A DNA stretch of 64,000 bases from Octopus sinensis (taxonomy: Eukaryota). The notes under the pieces were generated by a model. The model saw only the letters and a program-made list of their open reading frames with translations. It had not been told where the DNA came from and did not search any database. The stretch covers positions 44,020,001-44,084,000 of the forward strand of contig NC_043006.1 of assembly GCF_006345805.1 (NCBI RefSeq). The letters run 5' to 3'. The position numbers and the translations under genes were made by a program. Every line of letters begins with the position of its first letter. The stretch's first letter is position 1. Positions 38,396 to 53,207 of this stretch are shown here, piece by piece.

Positions 38396-40309
38396 TGACA
38401 ATAATAACAATAATGGCAACAATGATAGTAATAACAATGACATTAACGAATTATTATTGAAGTAGAAAGAAAAAGCACAACAATACTGTGCTGCCAAAGT
38501 GTAAGTATAACTTAGCATTCAGCTTTAGTTTTATGCACATTTTTAGCTTATGTTTATCAATTGACATGAGCGCTAATGTATCTGTATAAGACATTTGGCA
38601 GAGATTTTTAGAAATACTAGATTGCTGTTGATAAAGAAAGAGAAACTGCAGACAATTGAAAAACAACATTTATCTTATTTTAACTTGTTTTATTTATTTA
38701 TTTATTTATTTCCCCTGAATATTTCTACTTAAAAGGAATTAAAACCATGACAGATGACAGAAATTATGATATTATTGCTAATATAGAAACAAACAAAACA
38801 AAACCAAGTAAACGACAACAACAAGAGGTAAAAAAGAAAAAAAACTAATTTAGCATTAGTGAGATGTAGAGGTTTACATTGACATGATGAGGAAGATGAG
38901 AAGGAAGAAGAAGGAGAAGAAGAAGGAAAATCAAGAGCAGAAAAAAATAAAAAATAAATGAATATAAATGAATAAATGAAACTAGGATAGGAATTGACAG
39001 AAAAATGAAAACAAAAACTACTTATTGCGAGAACATTCGGATGTAGTCATGTGGAAAAAAAGAAAACCAACAAAACGAGTAATAAGTTAATGGAAATTGA
39101 TTTTAAGGTGTCAGCTGATGATGAGGAAGAAAAATGGGTTCATTATTACTGTAGCTAGCTTGTTGATACTGTGTAATGTGAATATGGAAGGTTTAAAGTG
39201 TTGAAAAACATAGGGTGAGTGCTGACAATATATAGACAACACCTGTTGAATGGAACGAAGATGGTTCCTTTTTCTTGTTATACGTCAATTATAATGTGTG
39301 GTATCCTTTCTGACTGAATGTATTCAGGATATGTTGTAGCCGGCCTTAGCTTTAGCTCTTTTCTACCCTAATCTCGACTCCCCACCTCCATGCTATACAG
39401 TGTATTCTCTGTACAGATCTGCCTTAGTTAAAACTGATGTTTCCATTTTTGTTTTGTTTTGGAGTCCCCCGCTCCCCAAACCAATTCAACACTATTTAGC
39501 CTGAAACATCAGCACTACCATAACATCATGACTCGATGAGGCAGGTGGACTAGCAGAATTTAAAGGACAAACACCTTTCTCCAATCACACTCCTATATGG
39601 TATTTTCTTTTTTTTTTTTTTAAAGTATACACTAAAAATGTAACGTAGTCCTAGATACATTATGCCTTGAAAATAGACAAGATGCTTGAACACCATTCAT
39701 TGTATGCAAGTGTACTCATTCATATCCATCCTAGGGCTAAACAACAACAGCATGTGTATACATGCATGCACACACATACACAAAATATTTCCCTCTCACT
39801 AGACTCATCCAATCTCTAATCAACTCCTTCTAACGACCCAGCTTTTTATTATTAATTCAATCTGGCTCTTCACCAGCATTTTTTCACCTTCACTTTATAA
39901 CATCCAATAAAACCGTAGTGATTTCTATAATATTCCCTAATATTACTTCACTGTTATGATGAACTCTGTACTGTCACTGCTCCAGTTCCAACCAAATAAC
40001 TGAAATTGCCTTTCAACACGGAGAAAGATCACGACTGTCATTACAAGAGATATAGTTGATTACTGTTATTACTAACTCTACCCACAATACTGTTTAAGTC
40101 ACCAAGGAAACAGAAATTATTGACTGTCTCCTTCTACTCCTCCATGAAACCCATTGTCATTGGCACCAACATTTTCAGGTGGCTTGGTTGCACAGCCTGC
40201 TGTGCAAGTGCATATAAACCACTCTCTTTTTGTAATTGCTTGATACATCAATACATTTTTGCCAATATGTGATAGTTTATTCTTTATTCTCTTCACAGAC
40301 TATTCATTT

Positions 40310-41460
40310 CAAATTATCGCAGATAGGTAGCATTAAAGCTGGTAATGAAATGTTAGTCGTCACAGTCGGATTTTCGCAATAGTCATTAAAAGCAAACAAA
40401 CTACTATTTCGAAACATTTTTTTAAATATCATAAGCCAAATACATCCACTATATAGAAATAAATAAATACTAAAATAATAAATAAATAAATAAATACAGA
40501 AAATCATAAAGTTCAAATTGGAAAAAAATCCTTTGAAAGTAAACAGGTCCTAAAATTTCTGCATATAGGTTAACTGTTTCCCTACAATGATTATAAACAG
40601 AAAGGAATATATAAGAACATATAGCAAAAATTCCGCACAATAAAGACCATAAAATAGGAAGTTCTTACAATGGGAAAAATGATGTTTCTTTGACAGCATA
40701 TATGAAATTATTAATATAAATTTAGATGTTTCATAATATTGTTACAATATATTGCAATGCATTTCTACGTTAATTACAATAAACATCACGCACAATCACA
40801 TCAATAGAAATGCTGCCACACTTTCTCAAATCAGATCAGCTGCTTACAAAGAGCTGTTGGTAAGATGATGGAACACAGTCATCTTTCCATAAGCAAACTT
40901 TGGATTGCTTTTCTTAAATAACATTTTCTGTAGCGAGCTAGATATTACAAAACCATTCCAACCGTTTTAAAAATAACCAGAGTAAGATTCGTAGGATATT
41001 TGGAGAATATGATTAGATCTTTGCAAATAATATGCAAAGACAAAGTTATCTGATTTTCGAAGTAATAATAAAAGATAGAGAATTAGATATTAACATCAGC
41101 TTTCTAAAATCTGATAACATTATTTTCAATTTAAAACCGAAGCAAATAGTTTTAAATAGTGTGTGTGTCAGCTTTAAATTATTAAACTAGTTTTGCAACA
41201 ATCATAACCTGTTTTAAAGTTGGTGATCAAATTGTTTTGCTAACAACCAGCTGCAGTTCGGAAATTACTTTCCTTCAGCAGCTTTCCAATCAGCAACACA
41301 GTTACCTCCCCCTTACCACCTCAAATCAATCCTCTTAATCATTCACTTCGAGTCCCTAAAGATTAATTACTGTTAATCATTCATCTCAGATTCAATCACA
41401 TGTTGTCCTTAGCAGTCGAATCCAACTCCTCATTAGAATAATTAATTAAGTCAAATACAT

Positions 41461-41491
<31 letters not shown>

Positions 41492-41493
41492 AA

Positions 41494-41529
<36 letters not shown>

Positions 41530-42140
41530 TGCTGAAATGTTGAAAGTACCATAAATTGCAAATATGCTAATGTATTGTATACACATGAGCTAAAGTATGA
41601 TAGATATAGATAGATTGATAGAGAAGTGTTAGTGTTTAGTATCTATCAGACTGGGTTTTTTTCTACAGTAGGAAATATAAAAATATTTGAACCAACGTAA
41701 ATGCACATACTCCCACACTAATAAAACACGAAGTATTGGATAAAAAGTAAAATTAATAAAGCCGCGAGAGATTATTAAATGGGGCAATCTTAGCTAAGTA
41801 CAAGTTTCCATCTCCACCTGTAGCTACTTCAGCCCCTGTCATGAAACATTACATTAACAGAATAAACACTCCATTAAACAGACTCCCCTCAACCACCGCC
41901 ACGACCCACCACCCATCTCCTGATTTCCACTCGAGTTGAAAGTGATGCAATTACTTCCTATCTTGCAACTTCAGATAAAGTAATCGTAAAGATTCAAAAT
42001 ATAGTTAAATTGTTGTTTCGGCAATTAAATTCGCTTCTAACTAATCTCTATATCTATGTGCTCAATGTAATTCCCATAGCAAACCACTTCCTTATATGTC
42101 TCTTGAGCCAGAACCAATACAACTATCTCTATCTTTCAGA

Positions 42141-42176
<36 letters not shown>

Positions 42177-42300
42177 CGTGTGCATGCGCGTGCACAGACA
42201 TATATATATATATGTGTGTGTGTGTATATACATATATATACGCCTGCATACATACACACATACACTTTAAAAATCTTTCGATAATTAGGATGCCGCAAAT
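40310..42300. promoter_or_regulatory. CpG-retaining intronic region; candidate internal promoter or enhancer
   Basis: Hand count of about 29 CpG (excluding microsatellite CpGs) versus about 9 in 50500-52500. CCAAT motif ttccaatcagc near 41285; minus-strand donors gtaagg/gtaact near 41300-41316. Confidence 0.25.
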
Positions 42301-43485
42301 TAAAAATCAATACAACTGTACCTTCCATTTCCAACATGCAGAGAGTGAATGGCTGTTGCTATAATCAAATATCAATATCCAACATCACATATCTATCTGG
42401 ACAATTGTAACTGCTGATACTGATCTAGTTGGACATTATGTATAGATCCCCATATGTATAGATTTTTCACACATCTTGTGACAGGTAGCATATCTACACT
42501 ATAGGTGTTGACAGAAAGGACTTCCTATTAATCTTGCCATTTACAACCATCATGCATTCTTATGCTAAAATTTATTTCCTTGCTTTACTATGTTATAGCA
42601 ACAATTATATCTATATCTGCATGTGTGGCTGTACATGTGCATATATATATATGCATGTATGTATATCTATTCAGACAGCTTCATATGAGCCGCATGCTTA
42701 TATAATCAAACCTGACAACTATCAACTATCATACATGCCGTATGAAGCAATTTTAAAATATTCAACAAAAATCTTATAAAACTAGGATTGTTACAATGAA
42801 TCCTTTTTAATGTGGGCTTTTTTTTTCTTCCTATCACCACTTCTCCTTACAGTGCCTGCTTCTTTATTTCATTTCAATTCTCCTATCTCATTCCTCCACC
42901 TGCCATCATTTTCAAAATCAGTGAAAGGAAAATTGCTCACAAAAAAAGTTCAATGTGTTCGAGAGAGAGAAAAAAAAAAAGAACATTGATTTTTAATCAA
43001 ACAGTTAACTCTCATCTATAATGTATAGAATGAGCAAATTTACTTATATATCAACAACTTACAGAAGCTAAGCAACAACACTTTTATATATATTACAGGA
43101 CAAAATTGGGATTATAAATGAATAACTTGTCCAATTTGAAGATTATAAATATCCAATATTCTATACTGTGCAGTTCTAGCTAGAAATAAAACTTTCACAG
43201 AATTCACTAGAAATAATTTAATATTTCCTTAAATAGACGAATTTTTCTAATGGTAGTTTTATCTGTTTTGTTTATTAGAAATATTTCATCTTCATTTTAG
43301 CACCTTATAATTCTGTGTGCATGCAGGTGTGTGTGTGTATGTGTGAGAAAGAGAGTAGAAGAAGGGAAGAGGGAGGAGAGTGTGACTGAATCGGCACAGG
43401 CACTTGCTTAATCTGTATGCAAGGTAAAGTAGTACAGCCTAAAGAAAACCAGTGCCTACCACAAACAGCATGGGCATATTCAACA

Positions 43486-43523
<38 letters not shown>

Positions 43524-43668
43524 TACGTATGTATGTTTGTGTGTATGCATGCATGTATACATGCTCATACCATGTATCACTTCATTGTAAATATATGAGA
43601 GTGTACATATGAATGCATTTAGGTTTTATAACAAAATATGTATTTACAGCCATATACATGTATATGTG

Positions 43669-43730
<62 letters not shown>

Positions 43731-45119
43731 ATAAAGTACATACATGCAAGTGAATACATGTAAATGACGAAAAGACACACATATGTAAGTCAGCAGATAT
43801 AGGTGTATATGTAGCCTGTAATACATTTAAGTTATTAAGGCAATGAATAAAGATTTTTGTCTCCTTAGAGTGTATCTAGAGCACGAAAGTTTATTATATT
43901 CACACAGACATGAGAGCTATTGAACCCAGTGTTGAAAATTAATGAAATCCTCCTGAAATGTACAGTACACTTGACCCTTTGAACAGTAAGCTGGATCATA
44001 CAATGGTGCTTATGATAAACAACCAAATGAATGAAGCTATTGCAGAGTCACAAGTACAGCATAGTACCAGTTGCACAATGCCCTGTCAATTTGTCCACAC
44101 ATAACACCTAAGTGTGTGTGTGTGTATGTGTATACGTATATATGAGCACATACACAAATGTACACACATACTATTGTAGCTAGTGGTAGCCTTTCTGAAA
44201 AGTCTACTATACAAAGTGTAGAGCCTCAAGAAGATGCCTTCCTATTTTCCTTATTTGTAAAAGCTGTCAGATATAGCCTTGGGTATCAAATCAACTACTT
44301 CCACCTAGCTATGCGGATGATATCAACTTTGAATTCTGGCACACAGTCAGGAATTACAGATGAAGGGGTTAGGTTGATTACATCAACCCCAGTGCTCAAC
44401 CGGTACTTATTTTATCAACCCCTGAAATGATTAAAGGCTAAGTGAACCTCAGCAGAATTTGAATTTAGAACCCTAACCCTAAAGACAGACAAAATGCCAC
44501 TGAGCATTTTACCCAGCATGCTAACAATTCCGCCAGTTCACTGCCTTAAAGCTATACTCATGATATTAAAATCTTGAGGGGCAAAAAAGAAAAAAAACAA
44601 GCCAATGTTCTGATGACATGGAAAAAAAAACCTTGCAATAAGACCCTGATGTTTCAAACAGATAACTGATGAAACAAAAAAACATGCAGATTCCAAAATT
44701 TTGAAATCATTTCACAAATGCTTCCAAGTACAGGCAGCCAAGATGCAGGACAATCAGAATATGTACAAGATCTGGCTATTATCATGTGTTATGATGCATT
44801 TTTCATGCTCTGCAGACAACATTAAATTTGCAGTGAACTGCAGACAACTGACAGGCAGTACCCTATGGACACTGGAAAACAAGGGGAACAGAAAATTATG
44901 TTCACAATGAAAAGATCAGTTGATCCCAATCTGCTCTCCTAGTGCCAAACTCATTTCAACTACTAGGAAATTAATTTCAGAGAAAATCTACCAGTGAACT
45001 CTTATAACTCTATTCTAATAGAGTAAAGAAAATCTTCAAGAATATTCAGGATTTAACCAAAGTTTGGCACTGAAAGCCACATAAACTCTCATTGCATAGT
45101 TCTGTGTGCCATTATCACA

Positions 45120-45575
45120 TTTCCAGATGAGGACTTGCTATAGAAATAGCTTGGTACTCAAGAGGCCCTCCAACTCCCCCACCCAGCTGTTCAAAAGTCT
45201 CCAACAAGACATATGACAGTGATACTGGCACTGTAGCCACTCTGAGGTCTGTTCCTGATTGTGGCATGGTGGCCTGTGTCTCAATGACCCAGAAAGAGCT
45301 TTGCCAGAAGGGCACAAGCTCCTAGTAAGGTCTCTCATGCTGAACAGGTCAAAGGATAAAGGCCACACTTAATATGGAGCACCCTTTCCCAGCAATAAAA
45401 ATGGGTTTGCATAGGACCAACACCCCTACCTAGAAATAAGCAGATGTTATAGAAGCATCGATGACAATTCCAAACCAACAATACCTGGAAGGAGAACGGC
45501 CCAGAGTTGAAAACTGTGGAGAAAAGTTATCACTGGCCTAAGATCCATAGGGGAGGAGGGCTTAAGTAAATAAAG
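45120..45575 (+). mobile_element. Interspersed repeat, probably RTE-LINE-derived non-autonomous element
   Basis: GC-richer block ending ...cactggcctaagatccataggggaggagggcttaagtaaataa with a short tandem tail. Family call from recollection only. Confidence 0.35.
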
Positions 45576-47426
45576 CTATTGTACATATGTTTAATCTACT
45601 TTGCAAGATCCCTAAAAAAACCAACAAAACTTCAAGGGATCCCCAACAAGTAAACAAACTTAAAGCCACAAATTTTCATAGAAAAGTAAAAACTTTCATC
45701 ACATGATATTGTGATGGAAGAATATTTATACGTTAAATGTTAGTGGCAGGAATTCCATACACATACACAGTTCATTAAAAGTGTATACAGAGTTTCCTAT
45801 ATATTAATGATGAATAGCTACTCATTATTGAAGTTAATTGGTGATTGAACAGGTGTTGATAACAACCATCAGAAGGCAGAAATATGTTTATAAGAAAGAG
45901 TTTTAAATAATAACTTTAAATCAAGGAATAACAAAAGAGAGGAAGGAAAATACCAAAGAAAAACAAAAAAAAAAGTAAACTTAGCTGCTACACCATTGAA
46001 TATCATTAGATTTTACTCACTTCCAAGAACTTTAAGAACAAAAGAAAATGGAAGACTAGACTGCATGTAAATAGTGTTTACAGCAATCATGAAGATTTTC
46101 AGCAACCACAACCAAAAAAATATAAATAAACACAGAAAAAGAAATGGATAAAAACAGTAAGAAATTTGAAACCAAACTACTTTCAAAGATAATAGCATTA
46201 TATTTTCTATGAAGCTGTGTAATCCTGGGAGATTTAGTTGTACTGAATTATACAAACAATGAAATTTTAGAGAATCAAATTGTTAGAGATGAAGTTAAAA
46301 AAAAGAAATGACAAAATGTTACTTTAGAAGTGCATAGCATATAAGACAGTTAAGGGGATGATGTAGATATTGATATAAGCAAAAAATGTTTTCAGTTAAT
46401 TGAAATTTCCCTCTTAATTGAAAGTAACCCCACCCCCAAAAAAAAATGGAAAGCAGTAATCTGTAGCAAACCTAAGAAAAGGGGAGATAATTTTTTTTTT
46501 TTTTTAATATTTCACTAAATTCATTTACATCTTGGGGGAAATCTTGCAAGCCAGATGACAGCACAGATTTTTTTTTTCCTAAAACATGCAAAATGAATCT
46601 TGAACTATTATCTCCCCTTCTCTCTGATAGTTGCTAACAATTACAACTAGGTTTTTGTTTTCTTTCAACTAAGATTTCAATAAGCAATTATTATTTTTCT
46701 TTTTGCATATCATTTAGTACATCATCCCTTAACTTGTTAATCTGAAACCAATTCATTGACCCACTTGGGTTATTTCCCTTAACTCTTTTTCTTTTGTTTT
46801 TTACATTATCCCATATAAATCAACTGTCTTTTGTATATAAACAGTTTTATAAGAATTTTATTTTTATGAAGGATGTCTCCTAACAAATTTACAAGAGGCT
46901 GTATTAAAGTATATGTTAGATGTTTTCTTAGAAACATTATTTCCTGTCCATAAACAAATAGATACAAATAAACATTAGTCTTTGAATGTATACCTAAAAA
47001 AATACATTTAAGAGCTAAAAACAATACAAAGAAGTAATCAATAGATATTAAGAGGTATCCCATGAGAAATACCTAGAAATTAAAGTATATTTTGAGTTAG
47101 TTAGGTCAGGATTTTTCATGCCATAATTTGCATGGCTCATTCAATAAAACATTGCAGTAGAATTTGCATAAAAATACAGAAATTCATTAAAATATTAGTT
47201 TGCTTTCTTGGGTGATAGGCAAAAAGGAGAGACTGAGAACTATTAATATACATGAGTGCATCAAGGAGGGAGAAATGAAACGGGCGAGGGTGAAGTTCTT
47301 TTACTTTATCAATAAGGTTTGGTTAGCAATACAAATTGGGGGTCCAAATCATGAACAAAATAGCTGGAGGACATGCAAGCAGCTGTGGTGTATTGACCAC
47401 ACAAAATAGTCAAGGACTCTACAAAC

Positions 47427-47474
47427 CTGTTTGGATAAGGATAATGACGAGAATCAGAAAGATAACTTTTGTAC
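47427..47474 (-). CDS. Candidate 48-nt phase 2-2 cassette exon inside the large intron
   Basis: ctgattttcag|G TAC AAA AGT TAT CTT TCT GAT TCT CGT CAT TAT CCT TAT CCA AAC AG|gtttgt; frame-compatible with the 63075 and 17780 exons. No homology recognised. Confidence 0.2.
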
Positions 47475-48534
47475 CTGAAAATCAGTTTTAAAATCAGTTT
47501 TCGAAAGAGTATGAAATATATTTATAAAATACTGTTAATTCATTTTCTTTAAAAATCACAAAATTTTCAAAATCTTCCCCACTCGACAACCACAATTACC
47601 ATTCTTAACATCTTCTTTTAGATAACTATTCCCTCCACCCCATATTCATATCAGTTACATGATGAGTGTTCATGTCTTTCTTTTTCCTTTTTTTCATGTC
47701 AGCAAGAGTCTCTATGGGATTCAATAACATTTATTTGTTTATTTTCAAAATAGGAAGAAAAAAATAAGTCTTGCTCAAAGTATTCATTAACGAGGTTTTT
47801 TTGTTTTTTTTTTAAACAGCCTTGATATCAAGCAGATTATTAAGGCATCAGTCAACTTAAATTGAACATCATTTGGAAATATCAAATATTTATAAAACAG
47901 AGATCTGGGATTAAACCAGATAAAATAGATGAAAATTATGGAGTGAAGATAAAAATCACTTGTCAGAGATAGTTACAAAATAATAAAAAGGTTAAAAATG
48001 TGAAGATTTTCATTGGGAAGACAACATCTTCCTGAACAAGTATTCTTGTTTATTAAGAGTAAAGACACTTAAGTATACAGATTATAGTTTACAAGCTGAA
48101 AAAGAAATTACACATTAAAAATATATCACTTAGAAGCCTATCTCAAGGGGGGAAAAAATAATGAAATTGAAAGCACTTTTCTTCTTCGTTAATAAAGCAG
48201 TTAAATTAGAAATTAAGAACGTCTTTATTAAAATCTTTCACTATATAGCTAAATCTATTTGAGATGTTATTTGTGTTGAACAAAATCATAGGTTATTTAA
48301 AGAAGTTTCAGAACAGGAACAATAGAGTTGGAATTATAGTAGGGATAATAATAGAGATATCAAGAACAACCATGATACGGTGGAGGCTCTATGATAGATT
48401 CAGGTTAACTTCAATATTAAACAATATTGCATAAACACTTCTTAGCATTTGATTTGCAGAAAGAAGACTGCATTAAAATATAGAGAAACCTGATTTGGTG
48501 AGAGAATGCCTCAATGTACTGACCAATATATATA

Positions 48535-48588
<54 letters not shown>

Positions 48589-49024
48589 TTAATTACATTA
48601 TCAGTCTTGCCATAGTATATAAATAAGTCATAAAAGTTAAACAACAACAAAAACGAGCGAACATCAAAAAATTTTAAACCATAAAATAGAGGTATGAAGC
48701 AAAGTAGTCTTGACAGCTGAACAAAGGAGAAGATGTACATCAAACTTCTCCAGGTCAAAATGCTATGCAGGAATAATTCTTCAAACATTTTTGTGCATCA
48801 CTGCAGCAAGGGGAGGAGGGAAAAAAATAAAAAAGCCAATATCTTTTGTAAGCTAAAATGATACTTAGCTTTAGAAAAGGTATGGAGTGTGTGGGGGGAA
48901 GGGGAAAGGGGAGGGCGGGGGCGGGGTGGGGTGGAGTGGAGTGGGTGGAACGCAAATCCTTGACACAAACTTAACTACCCTTACACTCAGATGCACATGT
49001 AGAGGGAAACAAAATGAACATATC

Positions 49025-49062
<38 letters not shown>

Positions 49063-52000
49063 TGTGCAGACACAAATGCACAATCACATACACACATGCA
49101 TACTCAAACACACACACAGACACACACACACACATACACGCACGCACGCACACAAAAAAAAAGACATAATAGATAGTTTGCGAGATGGAATTCAGTAGAG
49201 TTCCAAGAGAAAGCAATAAAATTTTATTTGACAAGTCAACTGCAATACGGCATTTGTCTTGTCATGTGTTTGAAGCTATTTTAAGTTGACAAATTTGTGA
49301 TAGGAGATATAAATACTTACAAATCAAATATATAAACTAAATTAAAGCAAATATATTTCTTATGCCAAATTCCACAAATTTATATGCTTGCACCGAAATA
49401 AGGGGGGGGGGAAAGAAACATCAAAAAAAAAAATTTAAAAAAAGAAAGGAAAGCATCGAAAAGAGTCTATCTAGTAGGCTTGGAAAGAATTGCATTGAAG
49501 GAAAAGAGTAGCAGGATAAACCAGATTCTGCAACAAACTATGTCTTTCATATTTAGGACTCCTGTTCTACTTTTAATAAAAGCTAAGATGCACTAAGACA
49601 AAGAGAATTTCACATCTTTACATAAAAGAAACTAGAAACTAACAATAATAAAAGAGTCTTTCAGATTAGCATCTCATCAAAGAGAAATTGGTCATTTCAT
49701 GACGAATTACTTATCTGTTTTATACACTACAGGAAAGATAAAATGAACGTTGCACAATAGAAATTATCTGAATCTCCATGGTAAATTAATTTCTTTGTAA
49801 TACAATTGTATCTTTTAGTTGTCTTTTCACCAGGGCTACAAAACCTCTCCGTATATCATAATCCTACAGACTATCAGGACATTTCAAGATTTTGTTAGTT
49901 TTCAATATTCCAAAAATCTCTTTCTGTGTATGTGCATGTGTATGTAACACAGGCGACATTATCGGGTGAAGTTGTTCTTCATCCACAAAATGTTCGTCAG
50001 CTTCCACTCAACATTGAGACTCGGCATTGCTTGCTTTCCATTCCAATCACGCAGTCTTTGACAGAATCCAAAACCAATCATTTAACATTAGAATACACAA
50101 AACGAATTCTTGAAGCACTTTTTTTTCTTTTTCGTTTAGAACCAGTAAGATTTTGTTTTTTCCCCTCCTCATCTTCAACACTCAAAGCAGATAGTCCTAA
50201 AAATGTAAATATTTGCATATGAATAGTTGGAACGATTTTTTTCTTCTTTGTCTAATGATCAGATGACCTTCCTTTCTAAAAACCAGTCAAACATACAAAT
50301 GTTGACTACTTCCAAATGGGTTAGACAAAGTAAATCACTTGAAAACGTTGTTCTCATCACTCAAAGCATTACCATCATTGCTGATCCAATCAGCCCTACA
50401 GGATTTTTATCACACACACACACTCTCTCTCTCTCTCTCACTCTCTCTCTATCTCTCTCTCTCAAGCTCCATGCATAACTAGTAGTGAAACAAGCCATTC
50501 TGTTGTAAAACTATTCAGAATTACTCGTTCAGGATCAAGGTTTCAGGTTAAAAACAAGGAGCAGTTGATTAAGGACAAGCTTCACCCTTGAGCTGTACAC
50601 ATCTTGAATGAACAGTTATCACGTGAGGTGTTGTGCAATTGTAAATATTTACCAATATGTTCTCCTACTGTATTACTGTAAACTATGTTACCTGGTTATG
50701 TACCACACCAAGGTTGTTGATTAGCAGAACTGACAGAGCATTGGGCAAATGCCTTGAACAGTTTAGTTACAGCTCTTTATGTCCTGAGTTCAAATCCTGC
50801 CACAGTCAACCCTATCTTCCGCCTAGTCCCTCACCACCACCAAATTTGTGGGTACTTGTGCCCATCTTAGAAATCAATGTAAACCTGCTACTGCATATAA
50901 TTATTATAAAGAAATACTTATCCTAATTTTGTTTGACTTCTCAAGAGGCTGTAGCAAACTTTGAACTCATGTTATCAGAAGTTTAACAGATTATCTTCAA
51001 GGTGATTTTTCATCCTGTTAAAGCAATGTTTAGGGGTTTCTCAGAACTCTATGATAAGCTAAGAACAGCCAGTTCTTATCCAGAGAATGCTTCTAGGATA
51101 CTATTTCCAGTTAAACATAGTCATTCTTGAATATGAAGATACATTTGTCAAAACAATATTTCTTGTAAGATAATAAGCCATGATCCCATGACATTATAGG
51201 TTCTGCCTTCTCTTTAAGTGGTCTGTTTGTTATAAACTCCCATATCTGCACACTCAATACATCACCCTCACAACAGAAATGTTAAACAAACATCTCCAAC
51301 ACAAACAGATTAATTATTGGCTCCTCTGTTTTACACCAAAGGAAGACAAGCATATTAGAATTATTTCTATTTTTTTCCCCCTTTGCTTAGAAAAGTATCA
51401 TAACAGGTATAGACTCTCAAGATGTATTAAGATACTCGTGAGAGAAAGAAGAAGAAGAAAAAAATGAAATAATTTTGATATATTTTCTCCCAGTGAAAAA
51501 TGGACAAACCAATAAAGGCTTGAAGTGAACTATGAATGTGTAAAACACTACAGTGCGAGGTTTTCCTTCACACAATGTTGGCCATGATGTTAAGTATTCA
51601 CAGATGTTGATCAGAAACAAATCACACACACATGTGTGTGACCAACATTGGAGGGACAAATTTGATGATGAAAAATTGACCTAACACATTTGAATCTGAT
51701 CCCAATGTGAATGTATCATGATATAATCTACACAATTTATACGAAGCTATCAAGGGTAATCTTCCTTTTAAATATATATTTGTTACCTGGTAAAATTCAA
51801 GTCATAAAGAATTTAGGCCATTCTGGAGAAACTCATAATTTGATAAATTTCAGGTGTCTATAGAATATATTAATACTATTTACAATACCACAAGTTCTGT
51901 GTATGTAGAAATAGCGATTGATAATGTTATGTAACCAGTCCTTCAGTGGATTCAAAGTACTTTTAATTAATTCTCCTTAACTATGTTACTTGTCTGCTGG

Positions 52001-52506
52001 CTGTTCTCTAATTAGTTGCAAATGTTTAGAACAGCTAAAGACCAAAAGGCAAATACTGTGTGTGACTATAAAATACACTGAATGTAATAAAGATGGTGAC
52101 AGCATTCATTTTGGCATAACTTTCATTCAATAAAGACAATGCTGATGGCAAAATTGTAGATTCGAATCATTATGGTCACTTGCCAAAACTCTTTTAGGTC
52201 CTTCATTTAGTGTATAGACTATACAGTAGACAACTTTAAGAAGAGTTTCCTAACATCACTATATTATTATCTAACATACGAATTTTGGTAAATCTATCAT
52301 ATTTTTGGTAATAGGCATTGAATAATGTTTTAATTTAAAATGTCATTCATACTATTTGTGCTGTTTTGCTTTTTTTGTTTTTTTTCTTTTTAAGAGAAAG
52401 TTCACAGAATAATGGGTTTGTCTTAACTAAGCAGTAGAGGAAAGATTATCATTATTTTAAAATATCCCTAAAAGTTGTCCATCCATTTGCAGACAATGGA
52501 CTAAAG

Positions 52507-52556
<50 letters not shown>

Positions 52557-53146
52557 ACTATGAAACCAAAAGCTAAAAGGAAATTAAATGATACAGTTTG
52601 CTTCATTCTATCGTTTATATATTAACCTATCATTCAAATAAGTTCACTTAACCGTGCTGAGTGGTGAAAGATAATCAGAATATATTTCCACAGATATATA
52701 CATTGAAAATAAAAAGAAGAAGCAGAAAGTAAAAAAGAGTGACAAACCAACAAAACAAAACAAACAAAAATGCTGACTAATACAGCTAATAAAACAAAGA
52801 AGACAAAAAAACAAAAAAAAAAAAGGAAATAAGTTCAATCCTAACTAATGACTGAATTTAACTTTACTAATCTCAGTGGAATTCATAAATCATACTGAAA
52901 CAATGTGAAGTAACAGCATTGTATTTCTCTTGATTGAGAACTTGCCACAGTGTTATTCAGTTAGTTTCTTACAGGAGACAAGAACTAATATACTGCAATG
53001 AAGTGAACAGCCAACATTTGAAGTCTATCTGCTGTCCAGAGAGTTAGTTATGTTATGACATACGATCTAGGTAGACTTATTATTAAGAATATATATATAT
53101 TATATATATGTATATATATGTATGTATGTATGTATGTATATATATA

Positions 53147-53207
<61 letters not shown>

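Noticed and set aside
37995-38465. 156-aa poly-Glu/Lys ORF and its antisense poly-Ser and poly-Phe ORFs
   Set aside because: Explained entirely by GAA/GGT/AAT microsatellites; no splice signals or domain.
44790-44880. Strong minus acceptors at about 44875 and 16608
   Set aside because: They lead to stops or lack a convincing donor, and no family-like peptide results.
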